A stretch of 64,000 bases of DNA, taken from NCBI RefSeq assembly GCF_031769215.1, contig NW_026782200.1, positions 124,001 to 188,000 on the forward strand. The letters run 5' to 3'. This document shows, piece after piece, positions 36,601 through 48,667 of this stretch. Positions within the stretch are counted from its first letter, which is position 1; the number at the start of each line of letters is the position of its first letter. This DNA comes from Ylistrum balloti (Eukaryota). A model generated the notes under the pieces. It was not told the origin of the DNA. It did no database searches and worked only from the letters and a program-made list of their open reading frames with translations. A program made the position numbers and the translations under genes.

Positions 36601-36643
36601 GCTGGTAGCACCTCTGATCCTCCGCAACCGAGAATTCAGCTAA
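12661..36643 (+). CDS. SERINC: Serine incorporator (SERINC/TDE family) membrane protein, 12 coding exons, 1389 nt, 462 aa
   Basis: Exons 12661-12681, 13351-13515, 15094-15299, 16663-16742, 21840-21977, 22219-22295, 25269-25362, 25550-25636, 25843-25999, 26950-27023, 33947-34097, 36505-36643 join in frame with GT-AG introns. Family motifs: [114 protein letters not shown]. Confidence 0.96.
13351..13515 (+). CDS. SERINC: SERINC exon 2 ([10 protein letters not shown]...GALDK)
   Basis: tttttctcAG acceptor, GTCAGT donor, 165 nt. Confidence 0.95.
13560..13900. mobile_element. Degenerate non-autonomous interspersed repeat (HINE/Helentron-like)
   Basis: (TG)n/GTCC start and AAAATGGCCACCATCTTGAAAA motif, also seen at 40290-40750; typical of mollusc HINE-type repeats. 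Boundaries are approximate. Confidence 0.4.
14195..14267 (-). pseudogene. tRNA-Thr(AGT)-derived segment in the 3' LTR of the TRIM; not a functional tRNA
   Basis: A box TAGCTCGATTGG, intact D stem GCTC/GAGC, loop CT-AGT-AA, B box GGTTCGATTCC. The anticodon stem is broken and the acceptor stem is partly mispaired. Confidence 0.85.
14450..14522 (-). pseudogene. tRNA-Thr(AGT)-derived segment in the 5' LTR of the TRIM
   Basis: Same sequence as 14195-14267 with one T-stem difference. Confidence 0.85.
15094..15299 (+). CDS. SERINC: SERINC exon 3 (IPGLCKDY...RAGIQNG)
   Basis: AG acceptor, GTGAGT donor, 206 nt. Confidence 0.95.
15809..16357. mobile_element. TA-flanked non-autonomous TIR element (MITE/foldback-like) whose arms are built from the 53-bp satellite unit
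   Basis: Left end TA|CGGTACATGCTCGATACTCCAG; right end CTGGAGTATCGAGGATGGGTACAG|TA. Left arm has ~4 degenerate reverse units (15815-16050), right arm has 1 forward unit (16296-16352). Confidence 0.65.
16663..16742 (+). CDS. SERINC: SERINC exon 4 (FWAIKIL...GEFGQ)
   Basis: ttccAG acceptor, GTAAGG donor, 80 nt. Confidence 0.95.
19990..20640 (+). mobile_element. HINE/DINE-1-like (Helentron-associated) non-autonomous element fragments
   Basis: TTATAC-CACC-AAAAG-GGTGG-GTA subterminal hairpin, then a GTCC/GTCT microsatellite, then core motif TCAAAGATCAAGGTCAC (~20567-20583). Confidence 0.55.
21840..21977 (+). CDS. SERINC: SERINC exon 5 (VWMVIGMIG...KCYYF)
   Basis: tttttAG acceptor, GTATGA donor, 138 nt. 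Confidence 0.95.
22219..22295 (+). CDS. SERINC: SERINC exon 6 (GLLFFT...VYYAK)
   Basis: tttcAG acceptor, GTAAAT donor, 77 nt. Confidence 0.95.
22321..23906 (+). repeat. 42-bp tandem minisatellite, ~38 copies, starting 25 nt after the exon 6 donor
   Basis: Unit GGTGTACCATAATGTCTCTAGTAGAGGTTTTTCTGTTACACC; gives the 14-aa periodic pseudo-ORFs in the track. Confidence 0.97.
23907..24501. mobile_element. 595-bp non-autonomous TIR element (hAT-like termini) inserted into the 42-bp array
   Basis: Ends CAGAGCTCCAA and TTGGAGCCCTG; subterminal GGCGACTAAAA repeats; the array resumes in register on both sides. Confidence 0.8.
24502..24843 (+). repeat. Continuation of the 42-bp array, ~8 copies
   Basis: Same unit as 22321-23906. 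Confidence 0.97.
25269..25362 (+). CDS. SERINC: SERINC exon 7 (GDCSLHKFF...PMVQE)
   Basis: ttacAG acceptor, GTAAGC donor, 94 nt. Confidence 0.95.
25550..25636 (+). CDS. SERINC: SERINC exon 8 ([10 protein letters not shown]...SNNP)
   Basis: ctgcAG acceptor, GTATGA donor, 87 nt. Confidence 0.95.
25843..25999 (+). CDS. SERINC: SERINC exon 9 (DRSCNPS...AVLYS)
   Basis: ttacAG acceptor, GTAAGA donor, 157 nt. Confidence 0.95.
26950..27023 (+). CDS. SERINC: SERINC exon 10 ([13 protein letters not shown]...QSDT)
   Basis: ttttAG acceptor, GTAGGT donor, 74 nt. Confidence 0.93.
29705..31125 (+). repeat. 32-bp tandem minisatellite, ~44 copies, in SERINC intron 10
   Basis: Unit AAGGTAAC(T/C)AGGCTACACCTGACTTGTAATTT; period 32 (29705, 29737 ...); degenerates at the 3' end. 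Confidence 0.98.
33947..34097 (+). CDS. SERINC: SERINC exon 11 (ASSESDK...MMTLTNWY)
   Basis: ttacAG acceptor, GTAGGT donor at 34098, 151 nt. Confidence 0.95.
34030..36125 (+). repeat. 76-bp tandem array of the SERINC exon 11 3' end plus splice donor, ~27.6 copies
   Basis: Unit AGTTTCTTCCACTTCATGTTGTGTCTGGGTGCCCTGTATGTCATGATGACTCTCACCAACTGGTACAG|GTAGGTAC; donors at 34098+76n up to 35997 (26 intact). Confidence 0.98.
36125..36362 (+). repeat. 37-bp tandem repeat, ~6 copies, abutting the 76-bp array
   Basis: Unit AGGGTTCATTAGAGAACATCCTCAGGTGGATCCAGTT; period 37. Confidence 0.9.
36505..36643 (+). CDS. SERINC: SERINC exon 12, terminal (SPSSDF...NREFS*)
   Basis: ttgcAG acceptor, TAA at 36641-36643. 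Confidence 0.95.
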
Positions 36644-39600
36644 AGAACACAACTCATAAGGGAGGATTTAAGAAGGCAGGCCCTTTTAAGGAGTCATTAA
36701 GTTTATGTAACTGTCAGTGATAAAATTCTCCATGAGGCAAGGTTGGAAAACATGAACGACTTTTTGAGCAGTTCTCTCAAGAGTTGTGATGATGTTCAGA
36801 CTGATGTGATATTCCAGATATGTGTTGGCAGAAGAACACTTACTATTCTATTTCATTTGTCCTGTTTTTTATCTTGTTTGATTTAGCTTTACTTCTAGTT
36901 CAGTGTGCGGCCAAGATAGTCAAGGCCAAAGAAAAAGGAAAAAAATTACTTCCCTGAATTTCTGAATTGTAGAATATTTAGCAAAATATGTCTTGATGTC
37001 TGAATGTAAACACAAAACCAAACTTGGATTGTGTTGATATTTCATGGAAATTGTCACACAGTGGTTACATCGTCCTACATACTAGTCTATACCAGGTAGG
37101 TGTTGTGTATAAATATTAAAAACAGAAATTTGTTTTTTTTAATGTTTTCTTCTCATTAGACCAATGAATTATTCATCAATATTGATCTATTTTACATATA
37201 TTAGATTGAAAATGGAGTTAGGTAGCCTTGTCTTCATGCATGATATGTTCCTTTTGAAAAGAACATATATTATGAATAAACATTATCCCTCAGTAATTCT
37301 GAAATTACTTGGGACTGTGTCAAAAGTATTAGAGAATAACTTCTTTCTGTAAAACTTGCTTTTTTTGTTATGATGTGTTTTTGTATTATCGCTATTTTTA
37401 TTGATGCTATTTGTATTTATTACACTGAAACTTCATGAAACTCAACCTATCTGTCTAGTGTAACACAGATTAAACAATATAGAAAAGAATACACAAGGCA
37501 AACTCTGAAAGAATTTAGAGACAAGGTGGTCATATTTTATAAAAGAATGGTTTACTGTGAACTGATATATCTGTGTACTTCAGAATTTACATGTTTGTTT
37601 GATAACAGATAGAACAAAGAATTTACTGTGGCATTATACTCTTTAACTTTGTAAACTGTAAGTTTTGCCTCCTTCATTGTTATACTTGAAGAGATATGTT
37701 GAAAGTTACTTGGGGGAAAGTTCGTTCATCTCAAAGAATTTTGATTTAAGTAGGCTTCTTCAGTTTGTTTCCTGATTAGAAAGCTTGGTAATCAGATGAT
37801 GCTGTGGATACAGTATTTATCTATCACCATGACAACTGAGGTTTGATTCCCTCAATTAAACATGAAATTATTGGGTTTTGTGATTGACCAGTAGGGCGTT
37901 CTCTTTGTACTCTGATATTCACAGAGATTCCATGTAATGTGATAGATCCACTGAGGCAAACAAAAATGATAAATATAAGACATTTTAATTCACATTTGTT
38001 ATTGATGTTTTATAAATGAATTAAAATGAAAAAATTGATTCAATCTGGAATATTGGAAAAGATAGGAGTTTATTTGTAATTTCCTGTCTTCAGAGTCGTC
38101 ATTAACAAGTTGATACAGTAAGTAATATTACTAACATGATGGTATTGATAAGTGTAGGTTTTCCCACCTGTGTCAATTGTAAATCATCTCGCATTATAAT
38201 CATCAGTCACTTTCGTATTTCTTTTAGAATAATATATTGTTGTCTCTTACTTCTATTTCTAAGGCAGTGTAGGTACATTGCACATTACACATCAAATAAA
38301 TAAATGATGTCAGACTTACTGCTTCAATGTTATCATTCTATATTGATATTTATCCTTTCTGCCTTTTGCCTTTTGTCAGTAGTTTCTACTTGGCCCATAT
38401 ACTAATACATTGATCGAAAAAATTAGAATCAAAAGTCCTTAGTATTTTGACAGTGTTATAGATGTACTGGTAATTCTATTATTGCCTTATATATCCTCAT
38501 GAAAAAGACTCATCTTAATTAAAAATTCAGATAAATACACCAATAATTTACGAATGTATTTATTTTCTTAAAATTAAATCTTTCAATGAATAAATACCTG
38601 ATTAAGAATATTCCAAATTATCCTCAAATATACGTACCCCATAAATCATTTATCGGTCTACATATGGCCTGGCTGTTCTAAATTTACAAAAAATGAGTCG
38701 ATATGTCATATATCAACCAGCAGGTAAATATCACTAAAATCAAAACAAGGGAAAATTGACAAATTTAATATTTATGGAATTATTTTAAGATTTCAGACAA
38801 TTCTCTCTTGAATCCTGATCTGTAAATTTGACAGATTGTTTTTCAATTACTCTATTACTGATGTATATATAATTAGATCAAACATTGAAAATATAGTGAC
38901 AGTTGAGCTTAAACGTGATTATCTCAAAAACTAATTTGATGGTAAAAGTCTCATACCAGAGATAAAATATCTATAAGTGTGGGAAACAAGATTTTGAACA
39001 TCCAACTTCTTGCTATTTTGTTATAATGCTATGTGTTGTTGTGTACATGCCAGAACATAGTGTTGTGTGTATATATGTATGTATATATAATCGTAATAGT
39101 TATTGTCAGGGTAGAAATTTTACATTTCGTAATTTTCTTCGCGAGCTGTTAAGTCACATTTGATAATTTTGTCTGAAAATAAAATAGAGGTATTTGTATG
39201 CAGGAAAATATTTTGGTGGCATTGGTGAGATGAATTCGTTCAAAAGGAGACGAAGAAGAAGAAAAGCTCTATGTATGATAGGAATTGTTCAAAATGGCAT
39301 TCTGGGTGAAGTGTATAATAATTTCTATAATATGTTTCCAAATGTGCTGTGAACTGATTTCTGTACAGAAATGGACAGCGTGGTCAATAATTCAGAATGT
39401 TTTAGACAATGTTGTAGACTGTATTTAGCAGGGAATGCTCTGATTTGTGTAATAAAGTTTATTATTCTAGTTGACAGCCTGTAACTGCTAACATCAAAAC
39501 ATCCTTGTGACTGTGTTTAGGTAGAAAAAATCTGGAAGTGTACTGCCTAGTTTACTTCAGGGGGAGTATGAAAGCAATATTTTCCCTTTCTTTTTCTGAT

Positions 39601-39860
39601 GTTTTTGAAAATATTGGAACTTTGAATTTGAAAAACATTAATCTAATGTTAATATTTGAGTTTCATGAAAATGTCAAAATTTGATAAATTACCGAAATGA
39701 TTATTAATTTTAGATAAAAAAGATGTCGGTCTTGATGAAGAAGTGTAAATACACTACCTGTATATTGTTCTTCTCAGATTCTGTCATAAAATCATGATGA
39801 TAAATCTGATGTGTTTGTGTTGTAATTATTGGTCAATAAAAGGAGACATAACCTATAACG
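36644..39860 (+). terminator. Probable long SERINC 3' UTR with alternative poly(A) signals
   Basis: AATAAA at 38295, 38589, 39178, 39451 and 39835 in TE-poor, UG-rich sequence after the stop codon. The true end cannot be fixed from sequence alone. Confidence 0.4.
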
Positions 39861-40224
39861 GGGTAGTCTGTCCATTTGTGTTAAATCATATACACTTTGT
39901 CAGAACTTAAGTACATGGTTCAAACTATGATGTTTTTTTTTACATATTAGGAAATGATTTCCAGTTACTGTGATGTCCTGTGTGTCGTATTGCACTTCAG
40001 TTTGTCAAGTACATGCGAAGGGCTACATAATGTCGGATACTTTTACTATAATGCGGTATTTGTACAGAAGCATGTAAATCATCAGCGTCTCCAGGTTTTA
40101 GTGGTAGGCATTCATTTAACTGAATGAGAATGGCGAGATCGGATAACATCAGTTGAAGGGAAAACTGTTTGCACAAGGCACGTTGTCGGGGTCTTTGTCT
40201 CATAGACTAGGATCAGTGTTATTG

Positions 40225-40915
40225 TTGCGGTTAGCTTTCCACCAACCTTGTGGTAGGTGTTCTTGTTTCACCGATGATTACGAATATCAATATACATGGC
40301 CATCTTGGATTTCAACAGTGAAAGTTTTGTTATCACTATATTTTGAGAATTACTTGATGAAATTTTCAAACATTTCATATCTAGATTCCTCTTGGTACCT
40401 CTTGGTAGTTATGCCCTTCTGGTTTCGGGCTGGTAGAGAAAGAAATGGCTGACAAGCAGCCATCTTTAATTTTGACAATGAAAGAGTTCTTTCTCAAATG
40501 TCGTATGTAAATCTTTATTCCAAGTTATGCCCGTTTCAGTTTCGGACTAATCAGAAAATCTAAATTACTGATTGCCGTCCATCTTGGATTTTGACAATGA
40601 AAGATTGTCATCGCAATTTTTTAAGAAATACTACTTGGATCTTTCTTAAACTTCATATGTTAATTCCCATTGTCCTCTTGTTGCGCTCTTCTGATTTTGG
40701 AATTGATCGGAAAATAAAATGGCCGACAGACGACCATCTTGGATTTAATAGTTTAAGAATAAAATAATTGCTTTTAAGAAGAATTTTCAAATTTCATGTA
40801 GTTAAGAAAAAAAACCGAAGAGAGAGTTTAGAAGTGAAAGATCCAATTTTTAAAGAGCAACAAATAAAGATCTAACAATGGAGGGTGTCAGTATCCCTTT
40901 GGAATCTCTTGTTCC
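40225..40915. mobile_element. Degenerate HINE-like non-autonomous element with a GCCATCTTGGATTT core repeat
   Basis: Hairpin CCACCAACCTTGTGG followed by TCTTGTT; repeated ATGGC...CCATCTTGGATTT(T)GACAA cores about every 140-150 bp. Confidence 0.5.
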
Positions 40916-41149
40916 TCCTTGTACTTCTCCAATTTTGAGTTTTATTATTTGTTGAGAGCAAGCTTAACGAGAACCCAGATTAAACTGGGACACCCCGAAC
41001 TCTAACAGAATACAAGTTTCTGGTGACGATGTAATGAATGATGACTAAGTTATTTATATAAACATCTGACAGATTATATTCATTAAATATACAGAGATTG
41101 CATGCTACTTTTGATAAGGTATTGATATCTAAGTCCTTCAAGTCGGCTC

Positions 41150-41460
41150 TGAAAAATTATTCCTTGTATTAGATATAATGATCATCTCTGTTGTACGATA
41201 TATATATTATACACATTAGAATTAAAGGACAAGAAATACTACATCAGCCACTTACTTCGATCTTTTCCTACAACCGAACCAACTGCGGAAGCTTTTTATT
41301 AAGCTATGTGATGCTATCCATTTCTGAATAGCAACAACCATGCATCCCCGATTTATGGTGTTTTCGTGTCGGTGTTGATCCGAAATACAATGGATTGTCT
41401 TCAATTTCGAGATTTCCATGCAAGATTTCGACAATTGACAGAAAAAACACTCGATCTCGT
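41150..41460 (+). mobile_element. Penelope-like element reverse transcriptase C-terminal fragment, decayed
   Basis: ELKD...TTSATYFDL (frameshifted) and PFLNSNNHASPIYGVFVSVLIR...DFHARFRQLTEK, resembling the PLE motif PFLCSNIPASPAYGVYISQLIRYAR. Confidence 0.65.
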
Positions 41461-42999
41461 TTAGCAATGTTTTATTTCCTTGAGTTCATATGTGAACATC
41501 TGTGTTCAATGCTCTATTGTTTGTTTTAGGGTTACTATTTTCTCAGGCATTGCCTACTTTGATTATAATTCACAATCAATGACGCCTTTAATCCGTTGAT
41601 TATTTCGTGGATATATAAATTCAACGACTTAGAGTACCCACGAAAATGAAAATCCCACGGCAATTAAATATTTCTACTGTATGACTGATCGTTATATGGC
41701 CTCAACTCTAGCATGGTAGCATGATGCTGACTTCCGCACACATCTGGCTATTGTATCTACGCCTCCTTGCTTTCTTTAACAGATATCTTCATCTGTAGGG
41801 AAACACAAATGTAGTCATTGTGATCCGATGACGAATGTGCTAATGGACGAGGTGCACCATTCAAAAAGGCATACATTATGAGCAGTGAAGCAATGCCAAA
41901 GCAAGGCAAACATGTGTTAACCTTATGCTTAAGAGAAGATCTTATGACTGAGCGACCACCCAACTGACCATCACTGTTCATGTGTGAAACACCAACATAA
42001 CACTGGTACATCACCCTTGCGTCGTCCATTATGACTGAAGTCCCATTCCAGCCACATCTCGACACGCTGATTGCCTCAAAACATGCAGTTATATCATGCT
42101 CAATCTTAAATGGAATGCCAAAGTCAATTATTTCTTTTCCTCTTGAGGCAACGCATAGCAAGAACTTCTCTCCTTCATATGCTGACAGTAAAAAGAAGGG
42201 AAACAGGAATGGTCGTAAACTAGGCGACTTGCACCCATGAACTTGATTCCTTTGATAATGGTCGCGCCAAACACCTTCAGTGTCGTCAGTCTCAACCCAA
42301 TTCGAAACTTACCTAGCGAACAGCATCAGTTAAAATAAACCCCCAAAACGGGGGTCTCGCGGAGACAAACCAGGTGAAGGTAAATGGATACCTATATGTC
42401 CCTCACCCTCCAACACAATGAGCAGGAATGTACAAAGGCAAGCGAGAGATCCGGGACCCAATCCGATAAGGCAACCGAACACAATAATGTGATTAAAATC
42501 ACACAACGCAGTGTGCAGTGATCACCATGGGGAAAATAGTGAGAGTAAGTCGCGCTACCTAATATATCAACACGGATGTCGATAGATACTACACACAGTT
42601 GATAATTAAAGAAATTTGAAGAACTGAAAGTGCTGTATAATTTCATAAAGACATGCTCAAAAGGCATTCCTGAAGTCTAGAATAAATTGATTAAAACTGT
42701 CTCTAATTAATAGCAGACATCATTAAATCACCAAGATATGTAACATGATCTAGAAGATGCTGCTTTAGGTGGCAAAGCAAGCTTTTAATTGCGTACGTAA
42801 TATCCCGGACTATCGTTAACTTGGATGAACCAGGATGTTTTGAAACCTTGTATTGATAAATTACGACTTTCATCACATCAATCCTATAACGGTTAGAGAT
42901 GATAGTCTTCTGTGACATCGTGATAAGGTATTCGCTTGAGGGTGACGAATTCTGAAGTCTAAGCTGGATTAGTTATCTATCTTGAAAGTTAGGTATGGT

Positions 43000-45900
43000 G
43001 AGAAATAGATCTATTAAAGTTAGGACAACACATACCTACCATTTCTATTAGAGAATCACCAGTGTCAGCTAGGTCTATTATAGGTAGGACAACATGTACC
43101 TAACATTTATATTAGAGAGTCATTAGTGTGAGGTCTATTATACTTAGGACAACATGTACCTACCATTTATGTTAGTCACCAATGTGAGTTAGATCTATTT
43201 TAGTTAGGACAACACGCACCTACAATTTATGTTAGAGAGTCACCAGTGTGAGTTAGGTCTATTAAAATTAGGACAACACGTAATTACCATTTCTATAAAA
43301 GAGTCACCAGTGTGAGGACTATTATAGGTAGGACGACACGTATCTACCATAAATATTAGAGAGTCATCAGTGTGAGGTCTATTATAGGTAGGCAACACGT
43401 ACTTACTATTTATGTTAGAGTCACCAATGTGAGCTAGGTCTATCATGGTTAGTACAACACGTACCTACCATTTATATTAGAGAGTCACCAGTGTGAGGTC
43501 CATTTTAGTTAGGACAACACATACCTACCATTTATATTAGAGAGTCACCAGTGTGAGGTCTATTATAGTTAGGACAACATATACCTACCATTTATATTAG
43601 AAAGTCACCAGTGTGAGGTCTATTATAGTTAGGACAACACGTACCTACAATTTATATAAGAGAGTCACCTGTGTGAGGTCTATTATAATTAGGACAACAT
43701 ATACCTACCATTTATATTAGAAAGTCACCGGTGTGAGTTAGGTCTATTAAAATTAGGACAACACGTACTTACTATTTATGTTAGAGAGTTACCAGTGTGA
43801 GTTAGATCTATTTTAGTTAGGAAAACATGTACCTACCATTTATATTAAAGAGTCACCACTGTGAGGTCTATTATAGCTAGGACAACACGTACCTACAATT
43901 TATATTAGAGAGTCACCTGTGTGAGGTCTATTATAGTTAGGACAACGCGTACCTACCATTCATATTAGTGCGTCACCAGTGTGAGTTAGGTCTATTATAG
44001 GTAGGCAACACGTACTTACCTACCCATTTATATTAGAGAGTCACCAGTGTTCCATTTTATGTAGAGAGTCACCAGTGTGAGGTCAATTTATATTATAGTT
44101 AGGACAACACGTACCAACCATTTATGTTAAAGAGTCACCAGTGTGAGTTAGGTCTATTATAGGTAGGACAACACGTACCTACCATTTATATTAGTGAGTC
44201 ACCAGTGTGATTATTAGGACAACACGTACCTACAATTTATATTAGAGAGTCACCTGTGTGAGGTCTATTATAGTGTGAGGTCTATTATAGTTAGGACAAC
44301 ACGTACTTACCCTTTATATTAGGGAGTCACCAGTGTGAGGTCTATTATAGTTAGGACAACATATACCTACCATTTATATTAGAAAGTCACCAGTGTGAGG
44401 TCTATTATAGTTAGGACAACACGTACCTACAATTTATATTAGAGAGTCACCTGTGTGAGGTCTATCATAATTAGGACAACATATACCTACCATTTATATT
44501 AGAAAGTCACCGGTGTGAGTTAGGTCTATTAAAATCAGGACAACACGTACTTACTATTTATGTTAGAGAGTTACCAGTGTGAGTTAGATCTATTTTAGTT
44601 AGGAAAACATGTACCTACAGTTTATATTAGAGAGTCACCAGTGTGAGGTCTATTATAGTTAGGACAACGCGTACCTACCTTTTATGTAAGAGAGTCACCG
44701 GTGTGAGCTAAGTCTATTATAGTTAGGACAACACGTACCTACCATTCATATTAGTGCGTCACCAGTGTAAGTTAGGTCTATTAAAGGTAGGACAACACGT
44801 ACCTACCATTTATGTTAGAGAGCCACCAGCGTGAGATAGGTCTATTATAGGTAGGACAACACGTACCTACCATTTATATTAGGGAGTCACCAGTGTGAGG
44901 TCCAATTTAGTTAGGACAACGCGTACCTACCTTTTATGTAAGAGAGTCACCGGTGTGAGCTAAGTCTATTATAGTTAGGACAACACGTACTTACCATTCA
45001 TATTAGTGCGTCACCAGTGTAAGTTAGGTCTATTAAAGGTAGGACAACACGTACCTACCATTTATGTTAGAGAGCCACCAGCGTGAGATAGGTCTATTAT
45101 AGGTAGGACAACACGTACCTACCATTTATATTAGGGAGTCACCAGTGTGAGGTCCAATTTAGTTAGGACAACGCGTACCTACCTTTTATGTAAGAGAGTC
45201 ACCGGTGTGAGCTAAGTCTATTATAGTTAGGACAACACGTACCTACCATTCATATTAGTGCGTCACCAGTGTGAGTTAGGTCTATTAAAGGTAGGACAAC
45301 ACGTACCTACCATTTATGTTAGAGAGCCACCAGCGTGAGATAGGTCTATTATAGGTAGGACAACACGTACCTACCATTTATATTAGGGAGTCACCAGTGT
45401 GAGGTCCAATTTAGTTAGGACAACGCGTACCTACCTTTTATGTAAGAGAGTCACCGGTGTGAGCTAAGTCTATTATAGTTAGGACAACACGTACCTACCA
45501 TTCATATTAGTGCGTCACCAGTGTGAGTTAGGTATATTAAAGGTAGGACAACACGTACCTACCATTTATATTAGGGAGTCACCAGTGTGAGGTCCAATTT
45601 AGTTAGGACAACACGTATCTACCATTCATATTAGTGCGTCACCAGTGTGAGTTAGGTCTATTAAAGGAAGGACAACACGTACCTACCATTTATGTTAGAG
45701 AGCCACCAGCGTGAGTTAGGTCTATTATAGTTAGGACAACACGTACCTACCCTTTATATTAGGGAGTCACCAGTGTGAGTTAGGTCTATTATAGTTAGGA
45801 CAACATATATCTACCATTTATGTTAGAGAGTCACCAGCGTGAGTTAGGCCTATTATAGATTGGGCAACACGTACCTACCATTTATGTTAGAGAGTCACCA

Positions 45901-46050
45901 GTGTGAGCTTGATCTATTATAGTTAGGACAACACGTACCTACCATTTATGTAAGAGAGTCACCAGTGTGAGGTCTATTATAGTTAGGACAACACGTACCT
46001 ACCATTTATATGAGAGAGTCACCAGTGTGAGTTAGGGCTATCATAGTTAG
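43000..46050 (+). repeat. 60/65-bp tandem satellite, ~48 units, with a 252-bp higher-order repeat in the 3' part
   Basis: Unit GAGAGTCACCAGTGTGAG(TTAG)GTCTATTATAGTTAGGACAACACGTACCTACCATTTATATTA; variant TCCAAT recurs at 44901, 45153, 45405. Confidence 0.95.
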
Positions 46051-46394
46051 GACTTCACGTCCAGAGAAAACTATGCTTGATCTGGAATGAACATGTATCG
46101 ATACAGTGTGTTTTAGCACTTCTTTATTTGAATGCCGGAAAAAACCGCGAAAAGTCAGCCATTCTTGTCCATATCATGTTGAGCAGATGTTAAGGCGAGG
46201 GTTCTTGCATAGGCATAGGCACACTTGGTCCAGCATCTTCGTGATTTATGACCATTAACAACACTAATCATGAAATGGTAATACGTTATAACCCTTGTTA
46301 ATGTAGGTATTTTATAAATGTACATCAAGGTAATCCATTGTCTACTGACTACCTTTGTTAACAAAAAGCTAAGGGACCTTAACTATCATCTGAC

Positions 46395-47262
46395 TATGAG
46401 GATGGTCCAAGCGGTACAGAGAGTGAAAGTGATGTAACCCCTGTAGTATCGAGGACGGTCCGAGCGGAACAGAGCGTGAAAGTGATGTAACCCCTGTAGT
46501 ATCGAGGACGGTCCAAGCGGTACAGAGAGTGAAAGTGATGTAACCCCTGTAGTATCGAGAACGGTCCGAGCGGAACAGAGCATGAAAGTGATGTAACCCC
46601 TGTAGTATCGAGGACGGTCCGAGCGGAACAGAGCATGAAAGTGAGGTAACCCCTGTAGTATCGAGGACGGTCCGAGCGGTACAGAGAGTGAAAGTGATGT
46701 AACCCCTGTAGTATCGAGGACGGTCCGAGCGGAACAGAGCGTGAAAGCGATGTAACCCCTGTAGTATTAAGGGTGGTTCAAGGTTTACAGTACGTAAAAG
46801 TGATGTAATCTCTGTAGTATCGAGAATGGTTCCAGGAGTACAGAGAGCGAACGCGATGTAGCCCCTGTAGTATGCCCCTGTAGTATCGAGGATGGTTGTA
46901 TGGGTACGGAGCGTGAAAGTAATGTAACCACTGGAGTATCGCGGATGGTTGTAGGGGTACAGAGAGTGAAAGTGATGTAACCCCTGGACTATCGAGGATG
47001 GTTGTAGGGGTACAGAAAGTGAAAGTGATGTAACCCCTGGAGTATTGAAGATGGTCTAAGCGGTACAGAGAGTGAAAGTGAATTTAACTCCTGTAATATC
47101 GAGGATGGTCCAAGGGCTACAAAGAATGAAAGTGCTTGTAACTCATTTAATATCGAGGATTGTTCCAGACGTACAGAGAGTGAAAGTGATGTAACCCCTG
47201 TATTATCGAGAATGGTTCCAGGGTACAGAGAGTGAAAGTCATGTAATCCTGTAATATCAAGG
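46395..47262 (+). repeat. 53-bp satellite array, left part, interrupted by the Gypsy insertion
   Basis: Unit GTATCGAGGACGGTCCGAGCGGAACAGAGCGTGAAAGTGATGTAACCCCTGTA; period 53 (46446, 46499). Confidence 0.95.
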
Positions 47263-48533
47263 TGTAACCTAACCGAGACGATGGATTGCAACACAAGAGA
47301 GAACAACAGTTTACACTATTTACATTTATTACAATTTACAAAACTACTGTCCAAAATGTACATATGGCATACCTAACATGATGAAATCTCTCACTCCACA
47401 GATTCATACTGCCAATAATGATATTTCACACCAGTCTACACACTATTATGAAGATGCTACACACAAATAACTACTACCTAAACCTATAAACTATAAACCC
47501 TAACCTACTCCTGGTATTCACATCCTATATACACCATATACACCCTACAGTTCATATATGAGCACAATCCGGCGACTGGTTCCCCTGCATAGCCCACACA
47601 ACAGAGTTTGTAGATCCTGACGTAGAGATGCTTCCTCCGTCATTCCATAGAGTGACTGTAAGTGTCCATATCTCCTGACTGTAGCACAGGACCGTATATG
47701 GCACAGTTCCACCAAATGAAAACACAATCTCGTAGTACGAGGTATATGAAGTCATCAGACAAATGGAGACGATCTCACCAAAAGATCACTGAAGATCACT
47801 AAAGAATTGACCGTAATATCGCCACAACACGCAGCTGGGCCTCCATAGCATCCATGCACTAATAGCGTTCAATATGACCGCAAAAACATGTCAACACAAC
47901 ACTCCTGCATCGCTCAACCGAATGCAGTACAACAACGACAGGAATAATCAACAACAAGACAACGAAGTGTCCATTCCGGTAACAATCATATGGCTGTTAC
48001 GGGCTTCCATACATGAAATTTCGCCGTCAGCTCATGATATGGTTCGGGCATGACATGGAGCTACAATATACAAATAATACCCTATAAGGCTATATTCTAC
48101 ACATTATAACTAATAAAGAAATGATTATATTTATTTCTATTACTGTAATCTATCTTAAGTAAACACGGCAATACACATCACCGCTCTCGATAACGCGTTC
48201 GCTCACCCTTTACCTGTATACTGATATAACTCGCTACGCACGGGCTAATACACCTATACGTTCACGAACGCTATCATACACGACTTATATATTCTTAATA
48301 AACATGATATAACTTACCGTGGCTGTATTTCACGCTCCCAAAGCTTTCCCGATGTTTCACACCTGTCAACACATCAAGATGTCCGCCCGAATACCTTACC
48401 CGTCGTCCTTTGCCCATGCGCGATAACTTTTAAAAGTTTCGCACGAGATTAAGGCGCAAAATTCAAACAATAAAATATAAATTCAACATACTTACAACCA
48501 GCCTGTATATAAGCTCATAATTCGTATGTGACA
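47263..48533 (-). repeat. Gypsy LTR A (3' LTR of the dimer), 1271 bp
   Basis: TGTAACCTAACC...CGTATGTGACA; adjacent purine-rich PPT GAGACCGGGGCGTG (48534-48547, minus strand). Confidence 0.95.
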
Positions 48534-48667
48534 CACGCCCCGGTCTCGAGAAATAAAATTGGGGAACAATTTTCATTTCCTTTTACATCACATACGCTGA
48601 TCCTTAGAATTCAGTTCAAAATGTCTCTAATTGATACCACTTAAGCAGAATCACATATGTTCACAAG

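Noticed and set aside
41757-42918. 134-, 91- and 71-aa minus-strand ORFs and a 69-aa plus-strand ORF as a second gene
   Set aside because: No recognisable domain and no consistent splice-phase model could be built; left unannotated rather than guessed.
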